Assembly (NCBI RefSeq): GCF_006345805.1
Contig: NC_042999.1
Span: 65,162,001 to 65,226,000 of the forward strand
Length of the DNA stretch: 64,000 nucleotides
DNA from: Octopus sinensis
Taxonomy: Eukaryota
Reading direction: 5' to 3'
The notes below the pieces were generated by a model. It saw only the letters and a list, made by a program, of their open reading frames with translations, ran no database searches and had not been told where the DNA came from. The translations under genes were made by a program, and so were the position numbers. Positions within the stretch are counted from its first letter, which is position 1; the number at the start of each line of letters is the position of its first letter. Below are positions 10,321 to 24,020 of the stretch, piece after piece.

Positions 10321-11272
10321 TTATATTATATATTGTTGTGTGCATGCGGGTTTGTGTGCGTTATGAATCAGTTGATGGTTCATGACTACGAGGGGTTTAG
10401 TAGGTGCCTTTATATTCTGGCAATTTTTGATGAAGGACTTTAGGGAGAATTGGTGAATAGACAGTTACACCAATTTTCAGTGTTAGAAGAAGAACATGAA
10501 CATTCCTGTTGAAAACTTAGACGATAATTTTATTGCTGCTAGGTTTTCTGTACTGGTGTAGGAGAAATCCTACACTATTATAATCAGCAATTATAACTTA
10601 TAAAGTTGCTATGAAGAGTCAAGAGATGATAATTGTTTGCGACATAAATTTTTCAAAAATTGAAGATTTCCTACGTAACAGCAATTTTACAGTCAATATC
10701 TGCACTAATGGGATTAGATGTAAATGATGGTAGTATCTATCCTTAAAGATATTTGCAGTCACTACCGTGCAAATTCCCTCCAATATCATATGAAAGTAAG
10801 TGCGTAGATATGCGTGTTTATGCGCTTGTGTCTATGTACTTATAATGAAGACTCTAACAGCCTCACTCAAAGGAAATATATATCTACCCCTTGATGCGTC
10901 ACAAAAATGGTTGGCTTATAATAAAAGCAATGTGCCTTTGCTGCAGTTACGAGCCGTCTGTTATCACATTTAACATTGTCCATCACGAATTCCTGGTTGC
11001 GTAGAGAACTAAAATGCTCGATGGAGTGCGTGCATCGTATCCTCACTACACAATTGCAACACAAATCCTTAACTGCCTCTCGGAGTATACAGCATACTCA
11101 ACATAGTTTGGTTGTCATCATTTTCATAAGGTCTGTGGGTACGAATTTTGTATACCAATCTTGTTGAGAAAGAAAGAGTCAAAATTTAATGCAAAGTATA
11201 CATAATTGAGTGTTTAAATGACTGAAATAACAAGTAATTAAAGATGCGACATTTCATGTGAAATAAACTAAT

Positions 11273-11313
<41 letters not shown>

Positions 11314-11315
<2 letters not shown>

Positions 11316-12518
11316 GTTCTAGGACAAAAAATGGAAACGCCTTAAAATTTCAAACGCATTTATTTTAATATGGGGTAGGACCGCCTTTCGCAGTAATTAC
11401 ATCTTGAATTCTACGAGTTATGGACTCGTACAAAGTTTTGAATTGTTTCCAAAGTAATCTTTATCCATTATTCAGCTAAAACAGTCCCCCGTTCTTGTAG
11501 TGATGATGGTGGAGAATATCGATTCCTTACTTGTTTTTCTAAACTCCACAATATATGTAAAATAATATTGAAATCTTGGGACTGAGGTGGCCAGATAAGG
11601 TGTTCAACTTCACTAGAATTTTCCTCGTGTCATTCAGTAACAATTTTAGCTGTGTGAATTGGTGCATTATCATCCTGAAAGATTGCGCTTCCCTCCGGAA
11701 ACAGTTCCGCAACCATAAGATGAATTTGATCAGATAAAATACTTAAATAGTCTTGATAATTAATTTTGCCATGAAAGGAAACCATTGGGCCGGCGGATTT
11801 TCATGATATAGCTCCCAGATCTTCACAGATACTCCTCCATGTTCAACACTTGGAAGAATGCTTCTTTTGGCTGTCTCCACAGCTATACACGGCCGGTGAT
11901 CAGAAATATGGTAAAGGATGACTCGTCCGAAAAAATAACATTCTTCCACTTCTTTAAGGACCAATTCTGTAGGTTTTTACTCCACTCTAAACGCTTTGCA
12001 ACGTTTGTTTTTGAAAGTAGTGGTTTTCTGATTGCAGCTTTCCCGTGAAATCCGGTTTCGTGCAGCTCCGGCGAACAGTTTTTGTGGAAACTATTTTCTC
12101 AAGGTGGTCATTAAGATCTACAGTAATTTCGAGAGCTGTATTCTTGTGATCATTTCTATCAATTGGTGTATGAATCCGACGGTCGCTATCTGAAAGTGTT
12201 GGATTCCTTCTGGAGTTTTGTCTCGACGAGGAGGTTTTTCCCTCTTTCTCAAAGGCTGTCATTACTTTTACTTCTTGATACACCAAACATTTCGACTGTT
12301 TTCGCTACGCTAGCGGCTGCGATACGAACAGCGACAATTTATCCTCCTTGAAAGTCCGATAGATCTGTCATTTTAATGAATTTTAATTACATTTTTCTGA
12401 AAAGAAACAGCAATTTTTGCAAAACATATTAAGCAACACTAATAATAAATAAAAAAACATAAAAATAAAAAAGCTTTTGACGGTTTTATAGATATTTAAA
12501 GTAAGGATGCAATGATGC
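11314..12518 (-). mobile_element. Tc1-family DNA transposon, decayed
   Basis: Minus-strand VIFSDESS, AIFQDDNAPIH and WPPQSQDFNII (DD34E-type triad); TA-CAG end; homologous to 58823-60034. Confidence 0.9.
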
Positions 12519-12529
12519 TATATATATAT

Positions 12530-12595
<66 letters not shown>

Positions 12596-12815
12596 TATAC
12601 ATATATATACATATATATATATACATATATATACATATATATATACATATATATATATGTATACATACATATATATATATATGTATATGTATATATATAT
12701 ATCTATAAATACATACATATATACATGCATACATACACACACACACACAAACACACATATATATATATCTATATATATATTTGTATGTATGTGTATGTGT
12801 GTGTACTTGTGTGTA
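12519..12815. repeat. (TA)n/(TACA)n/(CA)n compound microsatellite
   Basis: Direct inspection. Confidence 0.95.
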
Positions 12816-13746
12816 CATATACATAAAAAAGGCTGTAGGTCTGGAGAATTTAATTGGCAATTTTGTGTGTTAGGGACAAATAGATCAGTAGACTGGACAG
12901 TAGGCAAACATAAATATATACCTTCTGATGAACAGTAAAGAAAAATAGTTTTGTAAAGCAGCTGTGTAAAGAATACTTGGAACGGTAATCGGTTCAGGGT
13001 TATTGCGACAAAAAACTGTTTAAATAAATTCCAGTAAACTCACTTCCAAATGAATTTTATAGATTAATTCTTCAACGCAGAAAAAATTGTCTAGAAACTA
13101 TACTGAACTACTGGATTAAGTAAGTGAGACCAAATATTTGCCGTATGAAATAAAACAAAGTAAGTGCTACATTTCCTTCTGGCGTAGGATGAAAATAAAG
13201 GGACAAAATGGTAGACATTCCACGAGTAATGTATTAGAGGTATTAAGGAAAGCTCTCTAAGTATATCTTCCTCGTATTTTTTTATCGAGATTAACCGTTA
13301 TAATCATACCGGCTTTGAAAAATACGCCAGGATTTGTTTGGAAACACCAGGTAATAATTACTTAGGGACAGTCATAAAATAGAAAGTAAGATGAAAATAG
13401 CCCCAGGAAACAACGGAAATAAGTGTGAAAAATAAGTCTAAATGTAAAATAGAAAGCAAACGGGAGAAATGATTTCGTGACAAAAATAAATAAAGTATGA
13501 TGTAAGAGAAGAAAAAAAACCTGTGGTGTCGAATGAGCCAGATTTAATGTTGAAATTAAATCATGTATACGATCCTCCGTCAGCCTCAACGGTGATTATT
13601 CGGTTGTGGATTAGAGTGTAAACAAGTGATTGTTCCATACAGATGCATAGTCTGAACACAATCATGTGGCTGAATCAGTACGGCACGATGCAGTAAATGT
13701 ACAGCTAAGAGATTGAGAGACGGACAAGAGAGAGCGATCATGGGAT

Positions 13747-13748
<2 letters not shown>

Positions 13749-13806
<58 letters not shown>
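13749..13806. repeat. (GA)n microsatellite
   Basis: Direct inspection. Confidence 0.95.
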
Positions 13807-13811
<5 letters not shown>

Positions 13812-14054
13812 TGGGATTGAAAAATACACTGTTATAAATTTGAAACCAAGACGATTTGAAAGGAGACATTTGAAATGTCAAATGGGCACACATGAAAGTA
13901 GTTGAGTGGTGTAAGCATTTGAGAATACGGAAGAAGATTAAATAAAATTTGAAGACAAGGAGCAAATTACCAGTAGGGAGTACACAAGGAGAGTGAGAAA
14001 AATACTACAGACAAAGTAGAATCCTAAAATAATGATATTGAAGCAATAAATGTA

Positions 14055-15050
14055 AGAGCAATACCGGTAATCAAATATGGAGCTGAAATTGCAGAAATGT
14101 CGTACAGAAACTTGACAGAAAAACTATGAAGCTGTATGGAGTTCAACATCGAAAAGAAAAGGCATGTTACAATATTTACAGAACAGCACACAGAAAGTGT
14201 AAATAGGAGGAAAGGATAAGAATGAAATTCAAAGAGAACATATTAAAGAGATTGAAGAGAAACCTTTGCAGATCAGTTTTGGAAAGCCCTTGAGGAGGTT
14301 TGTAGAAGAAAACTCGGGCTTAGTAGAAATAAAGGGCAATTAAAAAACTCCAGAAAGCCTTATTATAGCAGCTCAAGTTCAAGCATTAAAAACAAACTTT
14401 AGAAAATAGGTGCACGGGGAGAAGGTGACAGTAAAATGTTGCGTGTGCGAAATTTGATATGAAACAAGGACACACGTTGTTGGCCCAGGAGAAATATCAG
14501 AAACGGAGCTATGACCAAGTTGCGAAAGTTTTGCCCTGGAAGCTTTGTCAGAAATGAAGATTTGAAGATAGAAGTACTTGGTTTGAGTTTGATTTCAAAG
14601 GGTGCTTGACACGGAGAAATGTAAAAGTTTGTGGGAATTTCTTATTCAAACAGTTAAGAAGTTATAAAGTAATAGATAAGATAGAAAAGGAACATCGATG
14701 ATAGAAAAGGAACATCGATGTTACTTACTAATTGATCCATTCGTTTCATTTCAGGATTGTAAAAATAAAAATAAAAATATAAAAATGACAATCTCTCAAA
14801 ATTAAAAATTGTGTGAATTTGGAGTACGAAAACTGCAAAGGTTATGCCTAGATTAATTAGAGTATTAGGAACTGTGAATAATGATGCAAAAAATGGATGA
14901 ACGAGATCGGAATAGAATGTTCAGTAGGGCTTCTACAAAAATTTTGCTTCTTAGGGACAGGAAAGATTATCAGAAAAGGTTTTGAGCGAGTGACCGCTAC
15001 TCATATAAATTCTTCCTGGAGTAAGAACAAACCCGAGTAAAATAGAGTAA
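14055..15050 (+). mobile_element. Highly decayed RLE-type (R4/Dong-like) LINE 3' part
   Basis: Frame-broken peptides AIPVIKYGAEI, IIAAQVQALKTN, YDQVAKVLPWKLC, VLWEFLIQT and CFLGTGKIIRK; followed by (TAA)n. Confidence 0.65.
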
Positions 15051-15081
15051 TAATAATATTAGTAATAATAACCATAATAAA

Positions 15082-15113
<32 letters not shown>

Positions 15114-15123
15114 TAATAATAAT

Positions 15124-15712
15124 ATTCACAGACATGACAGAGTTGGAACCTACATACATTGGAAGCTATGCCAACATTATGGAATAACGACAGAAAAAAG
15201 ATGGTATAGGCACATACCAGAAAAGGTCACAGAAAACGAGAAAGCAACCATACTCTGGGATATGCCGATACACACAGATAGAGAAATTAAGGCCAACAGA
15301 CCAGATATAGTTGTCAGAGATCATGAAGAAAAAAAATGCTTTCTATTTGATGTATCAATACCGGCAGATGACAACGTGTCTCTAAAAGAAATGGAGAAAC
15401 TCTCAAAATACAAAGACCTGGAAATAGAGGTAACTAGAATGTGGAATCTGAAAACAGAAACAATTCCTATCATAGTAGGTGCATTAGGCATGATAAAAAA
15501 ATATTCAGACAAATACATAACAAAAACACCAGGACTTACAAACACATATAACATACAGAAAATTGCACTATTAGGCACTGCACACATCCTACACAGAACA
15601 CTTTCCATACAATAACCATCAGAACATCACAACAAATCACATTACATACCCAAGGCACACAGAGCTGCGCCCGGTAGTGAAGTGAAAGCACGCTATAAAA
15701 ATAAAACTACTG
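15124..15712 (+). mobile_element. 5'-truncated RLE-type (R4/Dong-like) LINE; endonuclease frame open 15124-15615
   Basis: IHRHDRVGTYIHWKLCQHYG...ILWDMPIHTDREIKANRPDIVV...DVSIP...EKLSKYKDLEIE...IPIIVGALG...LLGTAHILHRTL*; 3' UTR then (TAA)n; (TAA)n also upstream. Confidence 0.92.
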
Positions 15713-15749
15713 AATAATAATAATAATGATAATAATAATAATAATAATA

Positions 15750-15780
<31 letters not shown>
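15713..15780. repeat. (TAA)n microsatellite
   Basis: Direct inspection; a matching tract lies at about 15050-15123. Confidence 0.95.
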
Positions 15781-16664
15781 TGTTTTAAATTTTAGAAGGT
15801 GTTAATCATTTAAGTCAACCTCAGTAATTGACTGCTACATTGTTTTATCGACACCACAATGATGCAAGGCAAAATTGATCTCAGCGAAATTTTAATTCAT
15901 AATGCAAAGAACTAACTGAAATCCGCAGAAATCTGGTGCTGTAATGACTCGTAATTATCGGGTTTATGTCGCAACATAAGTAACTGCCTGTATTAAAAAT
16001 AAATGAAGAAAAATTGAGTCGATATTGATTGTATAAAATCAATATCGACTCTCAAATATCCTGCATTCATTTTTAATACAGACGGCGATTTAAGTGCCTT
16101 ATGCCTGTACAGAAAGGCCAACCGTATACAACAATAGAAGATAGTTGAACGCAGGTAACGTGTCATGACAAATTCAATAAAGTTTTTTTCTTCTGAACCT
16201 ATGAAGTGAAAATGAAAAATACTCATTACTTTTCAATGTCCTCACTGACTTGTGACACAGCTCTGGTTGATGTTCAGTTTTGGTCAATTGTTAGACAATG
16301 TGGGAAATGGTAAATACACGAGAGTTTCAAGTCTGGATAGGGAAACATGATCGAACTGTATCGAATGACAGTGAAAATCTATACAATGGTTATACAACGA
16401 GAAAGACAACAAAACAATTGATGAACGTAGTTACAAAAGCGGATTCCTATGAGAGATTGTTTAATATACAATAAAGAAATTTAGAACGGTTAATAACAAA
16501 TTTATAGTCATTTGATTTCTAGAAGAGTATAAAAGATATATTGAAAAAAATATACAAGGGACAGTATTCACTATTTAGGAGAATTAATAAAAGCATTATA
16601 AAAAAAGAAAGATTATTGAGAATATGTGACAATACTGCATTTCCTTAATAGTATTAATAGTTTC

Positions 16665-17083
16665 CGGCGAGCTGGCAGAATCGTTAGCACGCCGGGCGAA
16701 ATGCTTAGCAGTATTTTGTCTGCCGCTACATTCTGAGTTCAAATTCAGCCGAGGTAGACTTTGCCTTTCATCCTTTCGGGGTCGATTAAATAAGTACCAG
16801 TTACGCACTGGGGTCGATATAATCGACTTAATCTGTTTGTCTGTCCTTGTTTGTCCCCTCTGTGTTTAGCCTCCTGTGGGTAGTAAAGAAATAGAAATAG
16901 GTATTTCGTCTGCTGTTACGTTCTGAGTTCAAATTCCGCCGAGATAGACTTTACCTTTCATCCTTTCGGGCTCGATAAATTAAGCACCAGTTACGCACTG
17001 GGGTCGATGTAATCGACTTAATCCATTTGTCTGTCCTTGTTTGTCCCCTCTGTGTTTAGCCCCTTGCGGGTAGTAAAGAAATA
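16665..17083 (+). mobile_element. SINE family B plus a head-to-tail partial second copy
   Basis: Full copy at 16665-16893; the second copy restarts at GGTATTTCGTCTG (about 16900) and ends AGTAAAGAAATA. Confidence 0.9.
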
Positions 17084-17720
17084 GGTATTAATTGTTTCCT
17101 GGGAGATAAGATTTCTTTTTGGTGGGTGATATTGTGCGGCGTTCTCCATGTAACTCTATGTGGTGGTCGCCTATTTTGGATTCACCTCCCTTTAACTTCT
17201 CTATATATTTATAGTTGAATGTAGTTAATTCTCTATTAAGTTTCTGTCCTGTTATTTCTGACTTCCATTTTTACTCGATGTAAATACTTCATTTTTATGT
17301 ATTTAGCTCTCGAATTATCCCTCACCCACGAATCTGGTAAATTTATGACACATAAAAATGATTAGACATGGCTGTGTGATTAAAACGCTTGCTTTGAAAG
17401 CAGGTTATTTCGAGTTCAATGCCAGTGCGCGGCACCTTAGGCTAGTGTCTTCTATTTTACCCGGCAAAATTATTACTTTTTGAGTGGTAAAAAAGACGGG
17501 GGAGAAGATAGTCGATTGGTTTGATTAAACTCTTTTATGCGCAGTCTCATTATGGCAACAGAAACAAGTGAAAGCTAAGAAATAATGACTGTGTGTAAAA
17601 TATGTTGACTTCGTCAAATCATCGTTAAGAAACCGTTGTTTTTGGTTTATGATTTTAAAACTTTCACTTTCGTTACGCCGATTAACTTCCTGCACGTAGG
17701 AAGTTTTTATTTTATTTTAT

Positions 17721-18020
17721 GCGCCCTTTTCAAGCCTAGCCAGACTCATGGGCCCGGTTTCCCGGTTTCTGTGGCGTATGTGTTCCCCCCAGCTGGATGG
17801 GACGCCAGTCCATCGCGGCATTACTCAAGAAGCATGAAGAGAGAGAGAGAGTGAGAGAAAGTTGGGGCGAAAGAGTACAACAGAGGTCCCCCCCCTGCCG
17901 GAGTCGCGTGGAGCTACAGGTGTGTTCGCTCAATAAACATGCACAACGCCAGTCTGGGAATCGAAACCGCGAAGCTTCGACCGCGAGTCCGCTGCCCTAA
18001 CCACTGGGCCATTGCGCCTC
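17721..18020 (-). mobile_element. SINE family C
   Basis: Homologous to 4790-5081; tRNA head at about 17950-18020. Confidence 0.85.
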
Positions 18021-18204
18021 TACACGTAGGATGTACTTAAAACAATATCGCTGTGAAATATGTAGAATGTATCACTGCACGAAATTTATATTAGCTTGTT
18101 TTTGCTATTGTTTAGCTCCTGATGAGCTATGATCAAGCAGACCTATGAACAACGTGTTTATGGTCACACTACATACTCTTGTTTTATTATTTTCTATGGA
18201 AAGT

Positions 18205-18395
18205 CGGCGAGCTGGTGGAAATGTTAGTCTGTCTTTACATTCTGAGTTCAAATTCCGCCGAGGTCGACTTTGCCTTTCATCATTTCGGGGTTGATAAATT
18301 AAGTAACAGTTGCGTACTGGTGTCGATCTAATCGACTGGCCCCCTCCACCAAAATTTCGGGCCTTGTGCCAAGAGTAGAAAATATTATTTTTTGT
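18205..18395 (+). mobile_element. SINE family B, alternative 3' tail
   Basis: Family B head and core followed by TGGCCCC.TCC..AAAATTTC.GGCCTTGTGCC.AGAGTAGAA; same tail at 36303-36515. Confidence 0.8.
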
Positions 18396-18559
18396 AGAAA
18401 GCAGGGAGCAGGTAGAATCATTACCGCGGAGGAGAAAATACTTAGCGACAGTTCTCTCGTCTTTACGTCCATCTCTTTCGGATTCGACAAAATCAGTACC
18501 AGTCATATACTGGTTCGATGTAATCCTCTAGCCCAATCCCGCCAAATTTCAGTCTTTAT

Positions 18560-18962
18560 GCGCAGGAGTGGCTGTGTGGCAAGTAGCTTGCTTACCAACC
18601 ACATAGCTCCGGGTTCAGTCCCACTGCGTGGCATCTTGGGCAAGTGTCTTCTGCTATAGCCCCGGGCCGACCAATGCCTTGTGAGTGGATTTGGTAGACG
18701 GAAACTGAAAGAGGCCTGTCGTATATATGTATATATATATGTATGTGTGTCTGTGTTTGTCCCCCTAGCATTGCTTGACAACCGATGATGGTGTGTTTAC
18801 GTCCCCGTCACTTAGCGGTTCGGCAAAAGAGACCGATAGAATAAGTACTGGGCTTACAAAGAATAAGTCCAGGGGTCGATTTGCTCGACTAAAGGCGGTG
18901 CTCCTGCATGGCCGCAGTCAAATGACTGAAACAAGTAAAAGAGTAAAAGAGTAAAAGAGAGT
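18560..18962 (+). mobile_element. SINE family A, full length
   Basis: GCGCAGGAGTGGCTGTGTGG...GGTTCAGTCCC head, internal (TA)/(TG) tract, tail CAGTCAAATGACTGAAAC and (AGTAAAAG)n. Confidence 0.92.
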
Positions 18963-20344
18963 AGTCAGGATTATTCTACGCAGAAGGTGTTCATCAGGCA
19001 GAGTTGCTATCACACCAGAGAAAATGCTTAGCGGCATTTGTTCGTGCTTTAGGTGCTGAGTTCAAATTTCACCCAGGTTGACTTTGCCTTTTCTTCTTCC
19101 GGGGTCGATAAAATAAGTAAGAGTGAAGTACTGGTGTCGACGTTATCGACAAGCCCACTAACAAATTGTTGAACATATCACCAAAATTTGGAAACGATAT
19201 TTAAATTAGAAGTGTTATGAGAAGGATTTTGATTGATATCGCTGGCAGGGTTTGAGACTTTTAGAAGCTGTCCTTCAACTCTGAATAACTTGTTTAAATG
19301 CCACGATTCTGTTGAGTATAAATTGCGTCGAGATCGTGAAACTGATTCTACACACTGCTACACCGATGAGGATCAAACAGATCAATATCACACCTCTTCG
19401 GTAGACAAAATTTGATGCTCGCCCGATTTCTTTGAAGGCCCTAAAAATGTTAACACATAAGTAAGTCATATAATCTGTATCTTCTAAAGGATTTATAGCT
19501 CCTAAATTACATAAAATCTATTCCTAATTTGCCTGTCAACTATAAAAGTGATATATTGGAGTATTAAATGCGATCGATAATAACGCATGAAATAATTACC
19601 TCCAATTATTTTGACATGAGAGAATTAGAGGTGACAACAACGATATTTTGATTATCCAAAATCATTGGTTAACATATGCGTGGACACATTAGATTAGAAG
19701 AAACCTAGAAATGCGTAGATGGCTAATTAAGTTTCTAAGAGCAGCTGGCTTGTGAATTCAGTTCTTATTCCCTTTAATGACATATCTTTGTAAAATAGAA
19801 TGCCTCTGATTGATTCTATTTAAGTATGTAGTCGGAAGTGTAGCGGTGTGATTCGGAAAATTGTTTTGAAGCACCTGCGTTCCACATTCAATCCTAGCGC
19901 GCGGCAAATGGGACATTTAGGCTTTACTGCAATATCGAGTTGACCATCCGTTTGCGAGGCGAATAAGGGAACGCTGCAGGAACACACAAATGCGCATGCA
20001 TGCACACACGAAAATATATGTGCGTATGTGTGTCTGCGTCTATACATAAAACGACACACACACACACACACGTGTGTGTGTGTGTGTGAGTCTGTATCTA
20101 AGAGTGAATATGTGTCTGCGTGTATTCATACAAAGACACATTCACTTATACACATAGAAGGACTGTTCGAAATAAAAGAGAATTGTTTTCCGAAAGTCAA
20201 ATTTATTTACAGTCGGTGACAGCATCGAGAGTACTTTTGAACTTTTCCCATCGACCAATCATTTTCCAGGCTTTAAACACCCCGGAGTGTGAACGAGCTC
20301 GCAGCGAAGTTTATATCCTGATAATATTTTTTTCTGTCTGTATA

Positions 20345-20733
20345 GGCGCAGGAGCGGCTGTGTAGTAAGTAGCTTGCTTACCAACCACATGTCTCCGGGT
20401 TCAGTCCCACTACGTGGCACCTTGGGCAAGTGTCTTCTACTATAGCCTCGAGCCGACCAAAGCCTTGTGAGTGGATTTGGTAGATGAAAACTGAAAGAAG
20501 CCCGTCGTATATGTGTATATGTATCTGTATATATATGTGTGTCTGTGTTTGTTCCCCCAACATCGCTTAACAACCGTGTGTTTACGTCCCCGTAACTTAG
20601 CGGTGCGGCAAAAGAGTCCGATAGAATAGGTACTAGGCTTACAAAGAATAAGTCTTGGGGTCGATTTGCTCGACTAAAGGCGGTGCTCTAGCATGGCCGC
20701 AGTCAAAGGACTGAAACAAGTAAAAGAGTAAAG
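20345..20733 (+). mobile_element. SINE family A, full length
   Basis: High similarity to 18560-18962. Confidence 0.92.
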
Positions 20734-20859
20734 TGTAAAAGGGGATTTTTAAAGAAAAGAAGAAAGAAAGTAAAAACTACCCTTCGAGGGAGCACATTTC
20801 GCTCATGCACGACAATTATGTGAAGTGAATGATGAGAGTAAACGAAATGAAAAGCTAGA

Positions 20860-21780
20860 GGATTATTTATATGGATGAAAGCTACATCCACACGAACTAT
20901 TATCGGCGCAATGATTCATCGTACGATCCAAATGATTAGCAAGGCCATACAACTATTACATGCCACAAAGGACAAGAGTATTGGTACATTGAAGCAATTA
21001 TAGACAAACAATCGTATGAACAACAAGCTAGATTATCGATGGATACGATTGATACTTTTAAAGAGGGAAAGATCCAACGAATGATGACCATGGCTTCTTT
21101 GATCACAAATAATAAATAATTATAAATGCACCCTTTTAAAGCCGAGCCAGGCTCATGGGCCCAGTTTCCCGGTTTCTATGGCGTATGTATTTCCCAGCTG
21201 CACGGGACGCCAGTCCATCGCAGCGTTACTCATTTTTGCCAGCTGAGTGGACTGGAGCAACGTGAAATGAACACAAAGCGTCGCCCGGTCCAGGAATCGA
21301 AACCACGATCTTACGATCATTGTGCTGACACCCTAACCACTAAGCCACGCGCCTCCACTGTTTGATCACGAATACTTTGTCAAATAGATCAGATAGCTAT
21401 TGTAGTCTTTGAAAGGCGTTAATATATCCAATGCTCTTATCGTGATACACAATGTCAAGTTCCTTAAAAAATTACCCGAAAATACACCGAGAAACAACGA
21501 CGACAAAGCAACATTACAAAAATCGTGTACAAAAGCGGAATGGGTTTCATGGCAACGACACGAAGGCTATGTTATGGGAAAGATTGCATCCGTATACCCA
21601 AGGTAATGTAATTCCTGTTATTGCAAGAATGGCTCAAGATGAAGGACATGAAGTACTATTTTCACCATCTCATTGCTCGGATTTGCATCCGATGGAGCTT
21701 GTCTGGGCTATGGTAAAACGAGAGTTGGGTAAGGAGTACACAACCGGCACTCCATTCAAAGATGTAGTCAACATTTGAAA
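20860..21780 (+). mobile_element. Decayed IS630/Tc1-superfamily transposase, interrupted by a SINE
   Basis: IIYMDESYIHTNY (first D), DDHGFFDHEYFVK, LIVIHNVKF (decayed second-D region) and GHEVLFSPSHCSDLHPMELVWAMVKR (E motif). Confidence 0.75.
21128..21358 (-). mobile_element. SINE family D (tRNA head, CORE-like body, family C-type tail) with a 13-bp TSD
   Basis: Head GTGGAGGCGCGTGGCTTAGTGG...GTTTCGATTCC; target duplication TTTGATCAC(A/G)AAT at 21098-21110 and 21361-21373. Confidence 0.85.
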
Positions 21781-22189
21781 GTAAATACTGTTGAGGGATG
21801 CAATGGTAAAGCAAATAGGAATTTGAAAACGCAGGAAGTCTATGGAAAATACCTATGATGAAAATGGGGATGATTCAGATGAGGATATGGGTCCTCGTGG
21901 CTCCTTGATGACAAGGAAATCATCAGTGAGGACTCTCATAATGATGTTTAAAAACAAATCAGAATTTCCTTTTGTTTTCCCATATATTTCTATCAAATTT
22001 TCAAAATATTGTATCAATTCATGATTATACATTGGCCTAAATTGTGCTACCAAAAAGATCCCGGTTTAAAATTAAAATAAAATAATATATATGAACATAT
22101 ACAATAATGATAAAATAATAAATACCAAGCAAAGCATGGTTTTTGTTGCATTAAAGATATATATATGTTTTGTTTTGTTTTTGTTTTTC

Positions 22190-22398
22190 CAGTTTCAGCT
22201 CTTGAGCTGTGGCCATGCTGGGGCACCGCCATTGTGGTGAAAGAGTACAGCAGGGATCACCACCCCCTGCCGGAGCCTCGTAGAGCTTTTAGGTGTTTTC
22301 GCTCAATAAACACACACAACGCCCGGTCTGAGAATCGAAACCGCGATCCTGCGACCGCGAGTCCGCTGCCCTAACCACTAGGCCATTGCGCCTCCACA
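22190..22398 (-). mobile_element. SINE family C 5' half joined to an A/CR1-type 3' tail
   Basis: Family C head at 22236-22398; 22190-22230 reads GGCGGTGCCCCAGCATGGCCACAGCTCAAGAGCTGAAAC on the minus strand. Confidence 0.75.
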
Positions 22399-23296
22399 TA
22401 TATATATGTATGATTGTATGAATGTATGTCTCTATCTATTTATCGATCACATTTGTTTCTGTATTTTTCCGTGCACAAATTAAGTGTTGTATACGCACAC
22501 CTGTTGCAGGTGTGTATAACGTGTATTTGTACGCTTCGCATACACAAGTGTGTCATAAGCATACAGATTCATGTTATTCACTTAATTTGTGCACGAAAAA
22601 AGACAGTGAAACAAATGTAATTGATAAACAACTAGATAAAGATATACATACATACATAAATACGTACATACACTCATACATGTGAGTGTGTGTGTGTGTG
22701 TGCGTGTGCATAGGTTTGTGTCAATGTTCCTGTATCCGTTAGGATCTGTCATTATCGATAAAAGTTCTAATATTTGCTTGAAATATATACTATCAGCTCT
22801 AATATTTGCTTCAAATATATACTATCAGCACCGCTTTCACACACTTAATATTGATCGTAAATTACTCACTCAACTTTGTCAAACTCTCTGCAATGCTTTC
22901 ACACATCGTGATAACACTCAATGTCTCTTCTGGCCGTAGTGTGTAAGTGTGGCGTGTATGCCTCCTAAGTGCAAGCAATGATTACTGATATAGAAATGAA
23001 ATCGGTGTTTGTGTTTGTATTTTTTTTTTATAATTTCCACACCGATATGTCAAAGAAGATATATTTAGCACATAGTTTTCATGTTTATTCTCTCTGCGTT
23101 GTCGAGCTTCTTCACGCTAGAATTTTATCAGACTAATTTCGTAGACAAAGTGATATGATAAGAAATATATTTTTAAGTAAATTTCTGCAATCTCCGCTTT
23201 GCAACAATCAGCTAGATTTCGAGAGAAAGTTGTAAATATTTTTTCTTCTCCAGCGTTTCCCGTTTCTTTCCAGTAATACCTTTCCATTATCTATGA

Positions 23297-24020
<724 letters not shown>

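Noticed and set aside
18112-18160. CTGATGA-GCT..AGC as a hammerhead
   Set aside because: No GAAA after stem II and no stem I or III.
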